A stretch of DNA of 63,095 bases, filler included, from Stramenopiles sp. TOSAG23-3 (taxonomy: Eukaryota), in assembly GCA_900128585.1 (NCBI GenBank). It is 9 parts of 9 records of this genome, joined end to end, with 100 filler letters (N's around TTAATTAATTAA, not from the genome) between each part and the next. Parts side by side here need not be neighbours in the genome. Positions count along the whole stretch, not along the records: positions 11,219 to 22,309 come from LT642761.1; 8 more parts are not named here. The stretch is one strand, 5' to 3'. Below are positions 11,278 to 21,293 of this stretch, one piece after another. Numbering within the stretch: position 1 is the stretch's first letter; each line of letters opens with the position of its first letter. A program made the translations under genes and the position numbers. Below the pieces are notes generated by a model, which ran no database searches, was not told the DNA's origin, and saw only the letters and a list, made by a program, of their open reading frames with translations.

Positions 11278-12585
11278 ATGAGTTCTCTTTCAGCGACAGC
11301 GGTGAAAAAGACCGTGCCGTTGAGCTTGTCTCGGCTCGAACAGCTTGCGGAGACGTACGGCACTCCTTACCAGATGTACGACGAGCAGGCGATACGCGCA
11401 AATGCCAGGAATTTAATTGATTCCTTTAAAAAGTTTTTCCCTACCTTTCAGCAGCATTTTGCCGTGAAAGCGCTGCCAAACCCAGGGATTTTGAAAGTCC
11501 TGATGGACGAAGGCTGCGGGTTGGACTGTTCGTCGACCTCGGAACTTTACATCGCGGAAAAGTTGGGCTGCCCAGGGCACTTGGTATGTTACACGTCAAA
11601 CTACACATCAAACGCCGACCTAAAGTATGCGCTTCGTCAAAACGCGGTGATTAACCTGGACGACGTCTCTTTGGTCGACGCACTAGCATCGGTCGCGGAA
11701 GAAGAGGGGGGGTTTCCCGAGCTCATCTCCTTTCGGCTGAACCCTGGGGTAGGCCGAACGGACTCGGAGACCAAATCGAACGTTCTGGGCGGCCCGAACG
11801 CGAAGTTTGGGGTGGGGCATTACCAGATCAAAGAGGCCTACGAGAAGGCTAAGGCGTACGGGGCAAAACGGTTCGGAATCCACATGATGACTGGCTCCTG
11901 CGTGCTTTCGAACGATTACTGGGTGGAGACCGTGTCGAGGATGCTGGACACCGTTGCGATGCTGCGGAAGGAGCTGGGCATCGAGTTCGAGTACATAAAC
12001 GTAGGAGGGGGGATTGGGATCCCGTACAAACCAGGAGAGGCGCGCGTTGACATCTCGGCCCTCGTCAAGAAGATCCGAGAAACGTTCGACAGCAAACTGC
12101 AAGAGCACAATATGCCAGAGCCCACGTTGCACATGGAAAACGGTCGGTTCATGACGGGTCCGTATGGGTATTTGGTCTCAAGGTGCCAGGCCATCAAACA
12201 CTCGTACGCCGATTACTACGGCTTGGACGCCTGCATGGCCAATCTTATGCGCCCGGGCATGTACGGATCGTACCACCACATTACTGTCCCAAGACTCGAG
12301 GACTCGAGCGACGAGAGACAGCAGGCGAACGTAGTGGGGCAGCTGTGCGAGAACAATGACTGGTTTGCAAAAGACCGCGTGCTACCTGCCGGCATCGAGG
12401 TCGGAGATCTGTTTGTGATCCACGATAGCGGGGCACATTCTCACTCGATGGGGTTCCAGTACAACGGGAAACTAAGGGCACCGGAATTGTTGATCAGAAA
12501 CGGAGCCGAAGGAGAGATTGCTTTGATTAGAAAGCGAGAACAGATTGAAGACCTATACTCCAACTGCATTGATCTTGAACTTTGA
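11278..12585 (+). CDS. lysA: Diaminopimelate decarboxylase (PLP fold III)
   Basis: YGTPYQMYDE, FAVKALPNP (PLP lysine), LDCSS, AKFG, INVGGGIG, MENGRFMTGP, LMRPGMYGSYHHI, GQLCENND, GAHSHSMGFQYNGKLR. Confidence 0.95.
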   Translation: MSSLSATAVKKTVPLSLSRLEQLAETYGTPYQMYDEQAIRANARNLIDSFKKFFPTFQQHFAVKALPNPGILKVLMDEGCGLDCSSTSELYIAEKLGCPGHLVCYTSNYTSNADLKYALRQNAVINLDDVSLVDALASVAEEEGGFPELISFRLNPGVGRTDSETKSNVLGGPNAKFGVGHYQIKEAYEKAKAYGAKRFGIHMMTGSCVLSNDYWVETVSRMLDTVAMLRKELGIEFEYINVGGGIGIPYKPGEARVDISALVKKIRETFDSKLQEHNMPEPTLHMENGRFMTGPYGYLVSRCQAIKHSYADYYGLDACMANLMRPGMYGSYHHITVPRLEDSSDERQQANVVGQLCENNDWFAKDRVLPAGIEVGDLFVIHDSGAHSHSMGFQYNGKLRAPELLIRNGAEGEIALIRKREQIEDLYSNCIDLEL

Positions 12586-13579
12586 CCACAATCATGACAC
12601 GGCAATCAAGTAATTCATAACTAATTATTCTCTAATGGCGCGCATATGTAGTCAGTCTACTATGTCTCCCTCTGTTGATGAAGCATCCATCGTACTACTG
12701 ATATATATAAGCTGAAGCTGACAAAGAAGAAGAAGAAGAGTAGTATTTTTTTTTTATTAATAATAATTTTTTATTATATGGAAGAAGGGTTGTCTCATTT
12801 CATAGGCATAAAATTCATATACAATACTATTATTATTTTTAAGTACTACTACTAGAACAGATTGCGCGCAAAATTTGAATCCCCATTTACGTAATATAAC
12901 ATTACACAGCATTAGCTTCATGAAGAAAACGGAGGAAGGAAGGAAAGAACGAAAGAAGGAAAGAAGAATGGATTGAAATCAAAATAATAAGAAGGAACAT
13001 TTTATTACACAGGTAAATACAAAGGAAGGAAGGAAGGAATTTTTTCTTACTTCTCAATCTGGATGGGTTGGTACCGGTACGGTATTATACTATATAATAT
13101 TAATAATAACCTAAATAAGGTACCGAATACCGAAATAAAATAGGAGGAGGAGGAAGGTATTGAAATAAAAACAAGGGGAGGATAGCATGATCATAGCATC
13201 ATAAAACACGTTTGAAAAACAACACAAAAAAAAAAACAAGGAAGCGCAACAACAACAACAACAAGAAAAAAAAAGAAGAAGAAGAAAAAATGGGAAGGAG
13301 GAGGAGACAGGAGACAGGAGGAAGAAGAAAAAAGAAGAAAGAAGAAGAAGGGTTTATTATTATTATATATAATAATAATATATTTATTTTATTAATATTT
13401 TTTGCCCTTGGCTTGTCTTTGTCTTTTCCAAATAAGTAATTAATCATCGGATAAAAATTTAGAGAATGATGTATTCGAGTTTATGATCCATTTAAAACAT
13501 TGTTTAAAGAATTAAATTTTGTTCAAAACATTATTTATACAAAAAGAAAACAATTCAATACTCTTTAAAAGTAACTATC

Positions 13580-16500
13580 ATGTTTCAAGAGAGGAAGACG
13601 AAATACACGGCGAACAAAGCTGCGACAAGGTTGCAGTTGGCCCAGCGACTATGCTCAAAACAGTTTTCAAGTGGCGGTGTCCCCAAATCGATCGACAGAA
13701 TACTTGTTGTACCAGGTCAAGACGGAAAGTACAACAAATGCAGCCAAAACATGCTGTCGTTCCTTCTTGAAGGGGCAGTAGGCAAAGACTTCGACAACAC
13801 CACGATCGAGTCGGAGGCCTTGGAAGACTCCGTGCTCAGTATTGGCCCGTCCTCCGTCGACTTCTTTCACTCTCCGGATATCGAGAGGAAAACTGTTCGT
13901 AAAACCGCGAACTGGCCGAACAAAAACATCTACACCCCCGATGGGGATATTAGTGGAAACGCAGAAGAGTGCGAGCTCTTTAAAATCAAGTCGTTCATCC
14001 GCATGGTCCGCGAGCACAGCACCCTTGGGTTTACTGCTCGGGACCCTGGGGCCGGATCCACGTCCGCAAACGCAGTCGTCGAAAGCTGGCCTTTGGCCAT
14101 GGCGTACGGCTTGGACGAAATGAAAACGGGCGGCTTTTTGACGATGAAGCACCGCGTTCTCGACATCTCAAGCGGCATAGATGCCGTTTTGTCAAATATT
14201 GATGCCCATTCCATGGACCGGATATTGGCGCAGAGCGTCGACCGCATGTCCTACCACTGGGGCGATGCCATTGCCACGCTGAGCCGGGCCAAGAGCCACT
14301 CGAAACGACTTGCTTACAGCGAAGCGGATATCGGAGAGCCAGTTTCCAGCTTTTTTGAATTCGAAAAACTGAGACTGGACGCACAGGGTAGCGATGCGGG
14401 CAGCAAGGGCGTTCGGCCCGTGTGCATCTTTGGGAAGCACACCAACGAAATGTCACAGAACCCGCCGACGGCAGGCTCGCCGGGCTCCTTCGGCTTCAGC
14501 GAAGAGCAAACTATCGGCAACAGTGGGCACCTGGGCCGCCCCGCCCTGCACATGGTGATGGAAGGGGCCGACCCGTCCACCTCTGTCGCCGCCGCTCGCT
14601 CTTACTTTTTCACGAACGCCACGGAACAGATGAACCTTTTCGACCCGGAAGCATTAGTTGACGAGGCAGGTTCTGGAGACGAGACTGCGGCTGGGTCCTC
14701 GAACGAGGAACGGTTTGACGCTTCCAACATGATCAAGTTGTACGCAGCCATGGCTGCCGGGCTAAAAGCAGCCGCAACCTACGACAGCAGAACCCCACTA
14801 GCTCAAGCGTTCTGCCGAAAGAAGTTCATGGAACAGTCCAGCGAGGCTATGAACCGAGTGTTGCCGGATGGGTTTGACTTTACTAATAACTTGGTCATCT
14901 CGGTGCAAGAATTCGACAGCGCAGGAAGGACGCCGAAAGCGAACTCCGCTTTGCCAGATTCGGAGCGCCGAACAAATTGCTATATTCGCATACAGTTGAA
15001 GAACATACCAAGCGTGCGCAAGAACGTCGGTTCGCTTGGATCACTGCTCATTGGCGACACTTTTTCCTGCGCAAATTTCAGAAATGGCGAGGCCTTCGCT
15101 CTGACGCAGCAGATTCCGTATTTGCAGTCATGGATATGCTCCAGGGACGAGGCAGAGGCAGATACAGCCGTACAACGCATGTTGGTGGACATTCACGCGC
15201 GCGAAAGCGTGACAAAGCTCGGAAATCCAATCTCCGATAAGATCGAGAGGACCAGCTTTTTGTTCGGGGGCGCCTTTGATGGCGCTGGCTTGCTGAAATC
15301 ATTGGGCGGGATGAATGTCCGGTTCTTCGAGCATGGGGTATCCTTTACGCACAAGAGCATAGGATGCAACGTCCTGTCGTGGGCGAAAGATGTCGCGTAT
15401 GTCAAACTGTTGCACGCCCAGAACATGGAAAAAGATTCGTTGATGGTGATCGGCGTATCGCACGAGTGTGGGCAAATTGGCATATCCAGTTTGGTCAGTG
15501 GCTCCGGGGAACGAGAACTGGCGATCGTTTTGCCACCCTATGATGATATTCGCCAGGCAGCAATTGATGCCCTCGCGACATGGAAGAAACATCAAGACCA
15601 GGATGAAGACTGCGATGTAGGAGTAACGTTTACTACCCAAACTGGGGTGTCCCACAATCTTGGAATCTTGCAAAGTGCCTACTCTGCGTATGCTTCCGAT
15701 TGGGGCGCAGTATGCAAAAGCTTTGTTTCCGAATGCTTGTCTGCGGACATTAACGGCGCCACACTGGACACCAATGAGTCTCAATTCTCGGAACAAAACA
15801 TTGAAGAATCGTCCGTTCCTGTCACCGTCATGACGGGTGTTCCGGGGTGTGGAAAATCTCATTTGGCCAGGTCCATTGTCCATGTTACGTCGGATGAGAT
15901 CGAATGGTCTGTTTACGAATGCGCGAACAACGTTTTCGAAGCAAAATCGTTCCAAAATTGGTTGGAGAATATCAACCAAAATAGTTCGCCCGGAAAAACC
16001 AGAAGGGCATTGGTAGTTTCCCCTGGTCTGACCGGCACAAACGATATTTTTAACGCCGTACAATGCTTAACCGGTTTCCACGTTTCCGCATCAATTGCGT
16101 GCGTCAATTGTGGGTTCCTTTACCGTGACACGGACTCGCAGCAGTTAATACCAGGCCTGGTGGAATTGTGTTCCTCTGGGTGGACCACGCACATTGCCAC
16201 AGTGGGCTGCGGGGCTGTAAAGAACGATGCGTTCGAAGAGTTGCGCTCTTACCTCCGCGAAGTCAATAGCGACGCGGAGTTTATCCGCTTGCTCGGGGGC
16301 GCACCTGTGGCAGAGAAGACGGAAGGCGCCGTGCCTCGCCACAGGCTTCAAGACATTGTTCTCTCGCAGAATGACATTGCATCTCTACTTTCGGGCGCAC
16401 CATTCAACGCGGAGAAAATGGTTCTTGCCCGTAGGACAGTCCCCGTTTCCAGCACGAGCACAAACAACCAGCTGCTTTCGTTAAATGCTTGGCCATCGAT

Positions 16501-17290
16501 GTATCGCAAGCGCTTCGTCCATTTTTTGGAGACCATAACATCGCCAACCTCCCAGTTGTTGAACCCGGCGGAAAACACTTCGGAGAACTCGGCTAGTGCT
16601 ACCAATGTCAAGCCCACTGGCTTTCGGGCCCTTCAGCTTGCAGCCCGCGAAAAGGTCCTGGGAAAAGCTGGGACTTCTGCGACCACCAAATCCGGCGCCG
16701 AGGCGGTGAAAATACCGGACCACATCCGGTGCTTCTCTGCTTTCGGTCGAACAAAAATTGCCGAAGATGGTGCTGGCAAGATCGTTGAATTTGGAGCGTT
16801 CAACGGAAAGGCTTGGATCAGAGACGTCGCCGAGGCTGCGGCGGAAGGTGCCCCTCGTCGTGCAGGCGAGTTCGTGTTTTACGGCGAGAAGATGAAATCG
16901 TTCTCCAAGTCATTGATGAACAGTCTTCTTTCATGTGCAGTCCAAGTCCCAGCCGATACCCCTGCAAGAACACGTGCAATGGTGACCCGGGACGAGCTTT
17001 TAGCAATTAAAAAAAAGCACATCAGGGAGCCACCAACGGAGGGCTACTACTACGACGGTACGTTCTTTACTGCACCAACGGGTGATCGCCGGGAATTTTC
17101 TCCGCGAATGGAAGAATACGTTGCTGCTTTTTTGGCGTCAGAAAATAAAACCATCACCAAACGGAACGTTCAGCTTTCCCGAAGAAGAAAAGAGCAGGAA
17201 CAAATCCTTGCAGGTCGCCGGGACGAGAACGGGGAAGATATCCTTTCGGCTGTCCAGGAGGAGGAACAGAGGGAACAGCAGGTTGCATAA
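13580..17290 (+). CDS. DNAAF9: Dynein axonemal assembly factor 9 / Shulin (C20orf194) homologue
   Basis: N-terminal ILVVPGQDGKYN...FLLEG, CobW/YjiA-like P-loop VTVMTGVPGCGKS, and C-terminal GYYYDGTFF...GDRREFSPRMEEYVAAFL...N match the C20orf194 architecture as recalled. 1236 aa. Confidence 0.8.
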   Translation: MFQERKTKYTANKAATRLQLAQRLCSKQFSSGGVPKSIDRILVVPGQDGKYNKCSQNMLSFLLEGAVGKDFDNTTIESEALEDSVLSIGPSSVDFFHSPDIERKTVRKTANWPNKNIYTPDGDISGNAEECELFKIKSFIRMVREHSTLGFTARDPGAGSTSANAVVESWPLAMAYGLDEMKTGGFLTMKHRVLDISSGIDAVLSNIDAHSMDRILAQSVDRMSYHWGDAIATLSRAKSHSKRLAYSEADIGEPVSSFFEFEKLRLDAQGSDAGSKGVRPVCIFGKHTNEMSQNPPTAGSPGSFGFSEEQTIGNSGHLGRPALHMVMEGADPSTSVAAARSYFFTNATEQMNLFDPEALVDEAGSGDETAAGSSNEERFDASNMIKLYAAMAAGLKAAATYDSRTPLAQAFCRKKFMEQSSEAMNRVLPDGFDFTNNLVISVQEFDSAGRTPKANSALPDSERRTNCYIRIQLKNIPSVRKNVGSLGSLLIGDTFSCANFRNGEAFALTQQIPYLQSWICSRDEAEADTAVQRMLVDIHARESVTKLGNPISDKIERTSFLFGGAFDGAGLLKSLGGMNVRFFEHGVSFTHKSIGCNVLSWAKDVAYVKLLHAQNMEKDSLMVIGVSHECGQIGISSLVSGSGERELAIVLPPYDDIRQAAIDALATWKKHQDQDEDCDVGVTFTTQTGVSHNLGILQSAYSAYASDWGAVCKSFVSECLSADINGATLDTNESQFSEQNIEESSVPVTVMTGVPGCGKSHLARSIVHVTSDEIEWSVYECANNVFEAKSFQNWLENINQNSSPGKTRRALVVSPGLTGTNDIFNAVQCLTGFHVSASIACVNCGFLYRDTDSQQLIPGLVELCSSGWTTHIATVGCGAVKNDAFEELRSYLREVNSDAEFIRLLGGAPVAEKTEGAVPRHRLQDIVLSQNDIASLLSGAPFNAEKMVLARRTVPVSSTSTNNQLLSLNAWPSMYRKRFVHFLETITSPTSQLLNPAENTSENSASATNVKPTGFRALQLAAREKVLGKAGTSATTKSGAEAVKIPDHIRCFSAFGRTKIAEDGAGKIVEFGAFNGKAWIRDVAEAAAEGAPRRAGEFVFYGEKMKSFSKSLMNSLLSCAVQVPADTPARTRAMVTRDELLAIKKKHIREPPTEGYYYDGTFFTAPTGDRREFSPRMEEYVAAFLASENKTITKRNVQLSRRRKEQEQILAGRRDENGEDILSAVQEEEQREQQVA

Positions 17291-17697
17291 TCTTTCCGAC
17301 CAAAATATATCGATGCGTCCAGCGTATCCATAACCCATACGGTCCCACGTCTACCATACTGTGTTGCACACGGTTGCGCACGTAAATATTTCCCTAAAAG
17401 TCACGGAGTACGAAATTCGTACGAATGCACCGAGTACCTAAAGTTCTTAAAGAATTCTTAATATATTTTAGTTCTTAAAGTATATTGCCTAAATATTCCC
17501 CGTTTACACTCGTACGTATTTAAAATTATAAGAGACATATTGAGATCCTCTAATTGTAACATGTACTCTTTCGTATTTTGTGTGTGTGTGTGAAGGGGTA
17601 TGGCACATCGAAGTGTTCTGCTCGGTCCTCTTTGTGTGTATGTGTGCAACTATTGGAATTACTATGGTTGCTGGGCACATTGTAAAGTGCAAAGGGC

Positions 17698-18084
17698 TTA
17701 CTCTTCAAGATTTATGGTCTTTCCAAATCGTCCGTACAGTGCAGCCTTTAATTCTGCTTGTCTTTCTACGTGGGTGGCCATTTCCGACTCAAAAACTTCC
17801 TTCCTTCCTTCGGCGACTTGATTGAGACGGCTCAGTTCTGCCTCAACGTCTTCTTCCTCGACGTCCAAGAAGCAGTCGCCAAACTTAAGCTTGAGCGCAT
17901 CATCTTCACCTTCAATTAGCATGACCTCTTCTTCAGCATCTTCGTAAGAGGTCATGCTTCTGTCGAGAGCACCAATTTCATCCTTCAGTTCCCCTATGCG
18001 AGTGTTCAGGCGCCCAAACTCGTTAATCTTATCTTGGTCAACTTTTCGTACTTCTACGTCTACCTCATCTTCACGGGCAAGCAT
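17698..18084 (-). CDS. PFDN4: Prefoldin subunit 4
   Basis: VEVRKVDQDKINEFGRLN, EDAEEEVML, KFGDCF, ELKAALYGRFGKTINLEE. Confidence 0.95.
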   Translation of the reverse strand: MLAREDEVDVEVRKVDQDKINEFGRLNTRIGELKDEIGALDRSMTSYEDAEEEVMLIEGEDDALKLKFGDCFLDVEEEDVEAELSRLNQVAEGRKEVFESEMATHVERQAELKAALYGRFGKTINLEE

Positions 18085-19034
18085 ATTTCAAAGCAATAAA
18101 GTATTTCTGGACAATAAAAATCTTGTACTAAAACGATTAAATTTGTTAAATCACAAACGTTTGTCTCTCTGTACTTCGCTTGAAAAAAAGGAAAGATTGG
18201 CAACTTATCTTTGTTCTCTCTCGTCAATGAATACAGAACAGCCCTTCAATTGTTTCCTTGCGTGCGTGTGATTGTAATTCCATGTTGTTATTAAATAATT
18301 GAAAATCAAAAAAAAAAGAAAAAGAAGTAGAGTGAGTGTGTACTTCTTATCGGAATAGAGATAGGTGAGATTATCTAATGTATACAGTAATTAACTACAA
18401 ACTGAATATATAATAAAAGCACTTTTGTTAGCGCTATAGTGCGTTAGTTAGGTGGTCCTTTTCAAATTTGAATCCAAGACAGACCAATCATTCATTCAAT
18501 TTAAAAAAAACAAATTTTACCCTATTCATAACCATAATATTGATGCTGAAGATTTCCTTAATTATAACTGAGGATATAAATTATGAGTGATTGATTCGTC
18601 AACTGACCGTTGCCCTTCTGTGTTGTTGTTCATTTCTTCTTCCAATTTTTCATTTTGTCCCTTTTCTAAGTATTTTCATATTAGTTAACAGTACATAGTT
18701 ATATAGCGCGTGTGCTCAACACTGTTTAATATTTTATATTTAATTTAATTTGGAATTAGTTGTACACCTTCCTTACCTCGTATATTTATTATTATTACCA
18801 CAACAGCATAATATGGAATAACAGCAGCTTTAAAAAAAACAAAAAACACTAACTGTTAATAACAATTGGTGGTTCTTTTCTTAGGGGAAAGGCTACCCCA
18901 TTTACTTCATGGATAAATTACAGAAACATTAACTAAACCACGAGCAACATGGTTCTTAATGTAATTTCATTTGAAACTCGGACAGCCTAGTAAAATCTGA
19001 GACCTATTTGCTTTCAACAGTTACGGAATCCAAG

Positions 19035-19607
19035 ATGAGCACCAAAACCGAGGAAGAGAAGGACAAGGGTGTCCCGGAAACACTTATAAAACATGCAAAA
19101 AACCCATCCATCTGGCACAGATACGTCTGGGCATTCATTCAAATTTTAGCTATCGGTTATTGCATTGCAGCGCTAAAGCTTGCTTACGAAAAGGGGACGG
19201 TTGCATCGTTTGATTTCGTAGTTGTATGGCTTTTGGTGCTTGTCGTTCTTTTGAGCATTGGCGGGACCTGTTTTTTGTGTAAGCACAAAACCGGGAAATT
19301 GCACTTGGGGATATTTATCGGCGTCTCCGCGATGATGAGCAATCTAATGCTCATTATCTCCATTATGACAGGACAGGATTTAGCTACAAGAGATGCCGAT
19401 AACATTCCCTCTCAGCAAGAAAGCGCAGTTGCTGTTCTCGCAGTGTTTTGCTTTCTGGCATACGGGATTTTGGCGATATTAATGTTCCATTTTAGAGAAA
19501 ACATTTGTCCCACTTCGACCAATTTCGTCGAGTTGTCTCACAACGGGTTTGACGATGCAGTCACATACGGCGAAGAGAAGACGGAATTTGATTCCTTGAA
19601 TGTATAA
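19035..19607 (+). CDS. Small four-transmembrane protein of unknown function
   Basis: Four hydrophobic segments with charged termini. First ATG is 19035. Confidence 0.75.
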   Translation: MSTKTEEEKDKGVPETLIKHAKNPSIWHRYVWAFIQILAIGYCIAALKLAYEKGTVASFDFVVVWLLVLVVLLSIGGTCFLCKHKTGKLHLGIFIGVSAMMSNLMLIISIMTGQDLATRDADNIPSQQESAVAVLAVFCFLAYGILAILMFHFRENICPTSTNFVELSHNGFDDAVTYGEEKTEFDSLNV

Positions 19608-19844
19608 GGCGGGAAAATTTGTGCAATATTTTAAATTTGAGACACATATTTACGAACTCTCTCATTTAACGGCACATTTTTAACTAAAAAGTAATTTACT
19701 CGGGGTGTGTTCCTCTCTTTTTTAAAACTTAATTTTACTCAAAATACAATGATGACACCGGCAGGAGTGATTTTTAAAATTTATGGACTGATCTCCTCTT
19801 CATCCCACCCCCTTTACGAAAACTAGAATTTGGCGGGCCTCTCC

Positions 19845-21293
19845 TCAGCAAATTTTTACCATTGGCTCAGATTTCCCTTTGGCCTCGAAGACATTTCCTT
19901 TTCCATTGTCATGGAAACTACTACCCCTGACCAGACCCCGCGACATAGATTGAAAGGACACTCCGTGGCCTGCATTGCGGCTCATGGTGCTCTCAGAAAT
20001 AACAGCTCTACCGTTCTTATGAACGAATACTCCATCGCCATTGCAATCCTTGATGGCAGATTTCCCCAAAATTAGTGACCCTCCCGTATTCACGACAACG
20101 CCATGAACGTGCGATCCATGCAGTTCACACGAAGACAAAAACGCTAAGGTTCCGGTGTTGACACTAAAGAACTCATTCCGTGCGGTTTTGACAAACCCTA
20201 CGGTAACTTCGTGTACGGCACAATAGTACATTTTGAGGGCACCCCGCTGCAAGTCAACGATTGGGGGTGATGCTGAAACAATTTTGTCGCTGTTACCGTC
20301 GCTTTCTCCAGCCACCCCGCGTCTGCGAATGTTTACACCAATCAACACAGCGGCAAACTTGCCGTCGATTGCCACCTTTCCCCTGTTTGCCAGCTCGATC
20401 GTCACCAAGGGAGATTTTAACCGACCATCCACGCTTATGCTCTTGAAACAGCCAGGCTCGTCACCTTGGCTACTATCGACGATACCGTGGTATACGTCCC
20501 CGTCCCCATTTCCAGCAATGATGCGAACTGGTTTTTGTATTCGCAAGTCTTTTTCCTGGTATATTCCTGGCTCGAGTGCTATTGTGTCTCCAGCTCCAGC
20601 ATTTTCCAAGGCTTCCTTTACAGTATCGAACACTCTGTTGCTTTGTGCCATGTCATACAAAGAGCGCATTGAGTTGTGCCCACTCGCAAGGCCAATGCCG
20701 CTGTCTCCCATTCCCATTTCAGTCCACCAGCCGTCACCCCAGAGTTTATTTCTTCGGAAGTTGTTGCCCCCGTAATGGCTAACTCTTCGCAGTTTGTGAT
20801 TGGGAATAACCCGCAGCCAAAGCGATCTGTGCATACCAACATAATACCAGTGCAGGCAGTTCAGGCGCGCACTTTCCCGGCTGGAATGGTCCAAATACAA
20901 GTAAATGATTCGCAACAGCGCTGGGGGAAACAGGCCAAAGCCACCGGCCCTTGTTGCTATTTGGGCGTCGCGGATCGCCAACACCTCAGGCTTTGTCCAC
21001 GTGCACTTTCCGGTCCGGGTGTTGAAATAATAGTCACGTTTAAGCTTTTGGTCTCTATGCAGTTCCCATTCCCCCCCCTGCATTCTTCTTTTCTTGATCT
21101 CGGTCTCTCTCATTTCTCTCTGGTTAAGAAACAGCTTTTTGTACCGGCTATAGCCTCGTTTGCTCGGAGCAGCTCTGACCATCTCTACCGATTTTTCCAA
21201 CAAAACCTCCTCTTTAAGTCGCTCTGCTTCTATTTCTTCAATTTCCAGTTCTCGGTTCGATGCCTCCATGAGCACTTCCTGGCGCCACGCGGC
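19845..21293 (-). CDS. WW + F-box + right-handed beta-helix region; probably the C-terminal continuation of the SWR1 gene
   Basis: WW: WELHRDQKLKRDYYFNTRTGKCTWTKP. F-box: FPPALLRIIYLYLD...LNCLHW. Beta-helix: TVKEALENAGAGDTIALEPGIYQE followed by G-V/I-x-V repeats. The frame is open upstream into the SWR1 ORF (AAWRQEVLMEASNRELEIEEIE). Confidence 0.75.
   Translation of the reverse strand, partial: AAWRQEVLMEASNRELEIEEIEAERLKEEVLLEKSVEMVRAAPSKRGYSRYKKLFLNQREMRETEIKKRRMQGGEWELHRDQKLKRDYYFNTRTGKCTWTKPEVLAIRDAQIATRAGGFGLFPPALLRIIYLYLDHSSRESARLNCLHWYYVGMHRSLWLRVIPNHKLRRVSHYGGNNFRRNKLWGDGWWTEMGMGDSGIGLASGHNSMRSLYDMAQSNRVFDTVKEALENAGAGDTIALEPGIYQEKDLRIQKPVRIIAGNGDGDVYHGIVDSSQGDEPGCFKSISVDGRLKSPLVTIELANRGKVAIDGKFAAVLIGVNIRRRGVAGESDGNSDKIVSASPPIVDLQRGALKMYYCAVHEVTVGFVKTARNEFFSVNTGTLAFLSSCELHGSHVHGVVVNTGGSLILGKSAIKDCNGDGVFVHKNGRAVISESTMSRNAGHGVSFQSMSRGLVRGSSFHDNGKGNVFEAKGKSEPMVKIC

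Noticed and set aside
13199..13447. Short ORFs in AT-rich spacers (also 7003, 9102, 23882, 39160, 47702, 55046-55309, 55690)
   Set aside because: They are translations of microsatellites (poly-F/K/E/I) with no coding character.
15820..16300. Stand-alone CobW/urease-accessory GTPase
   Set aside because: It is the C-terminal domain of the DNAAF9/Shulin ORF.
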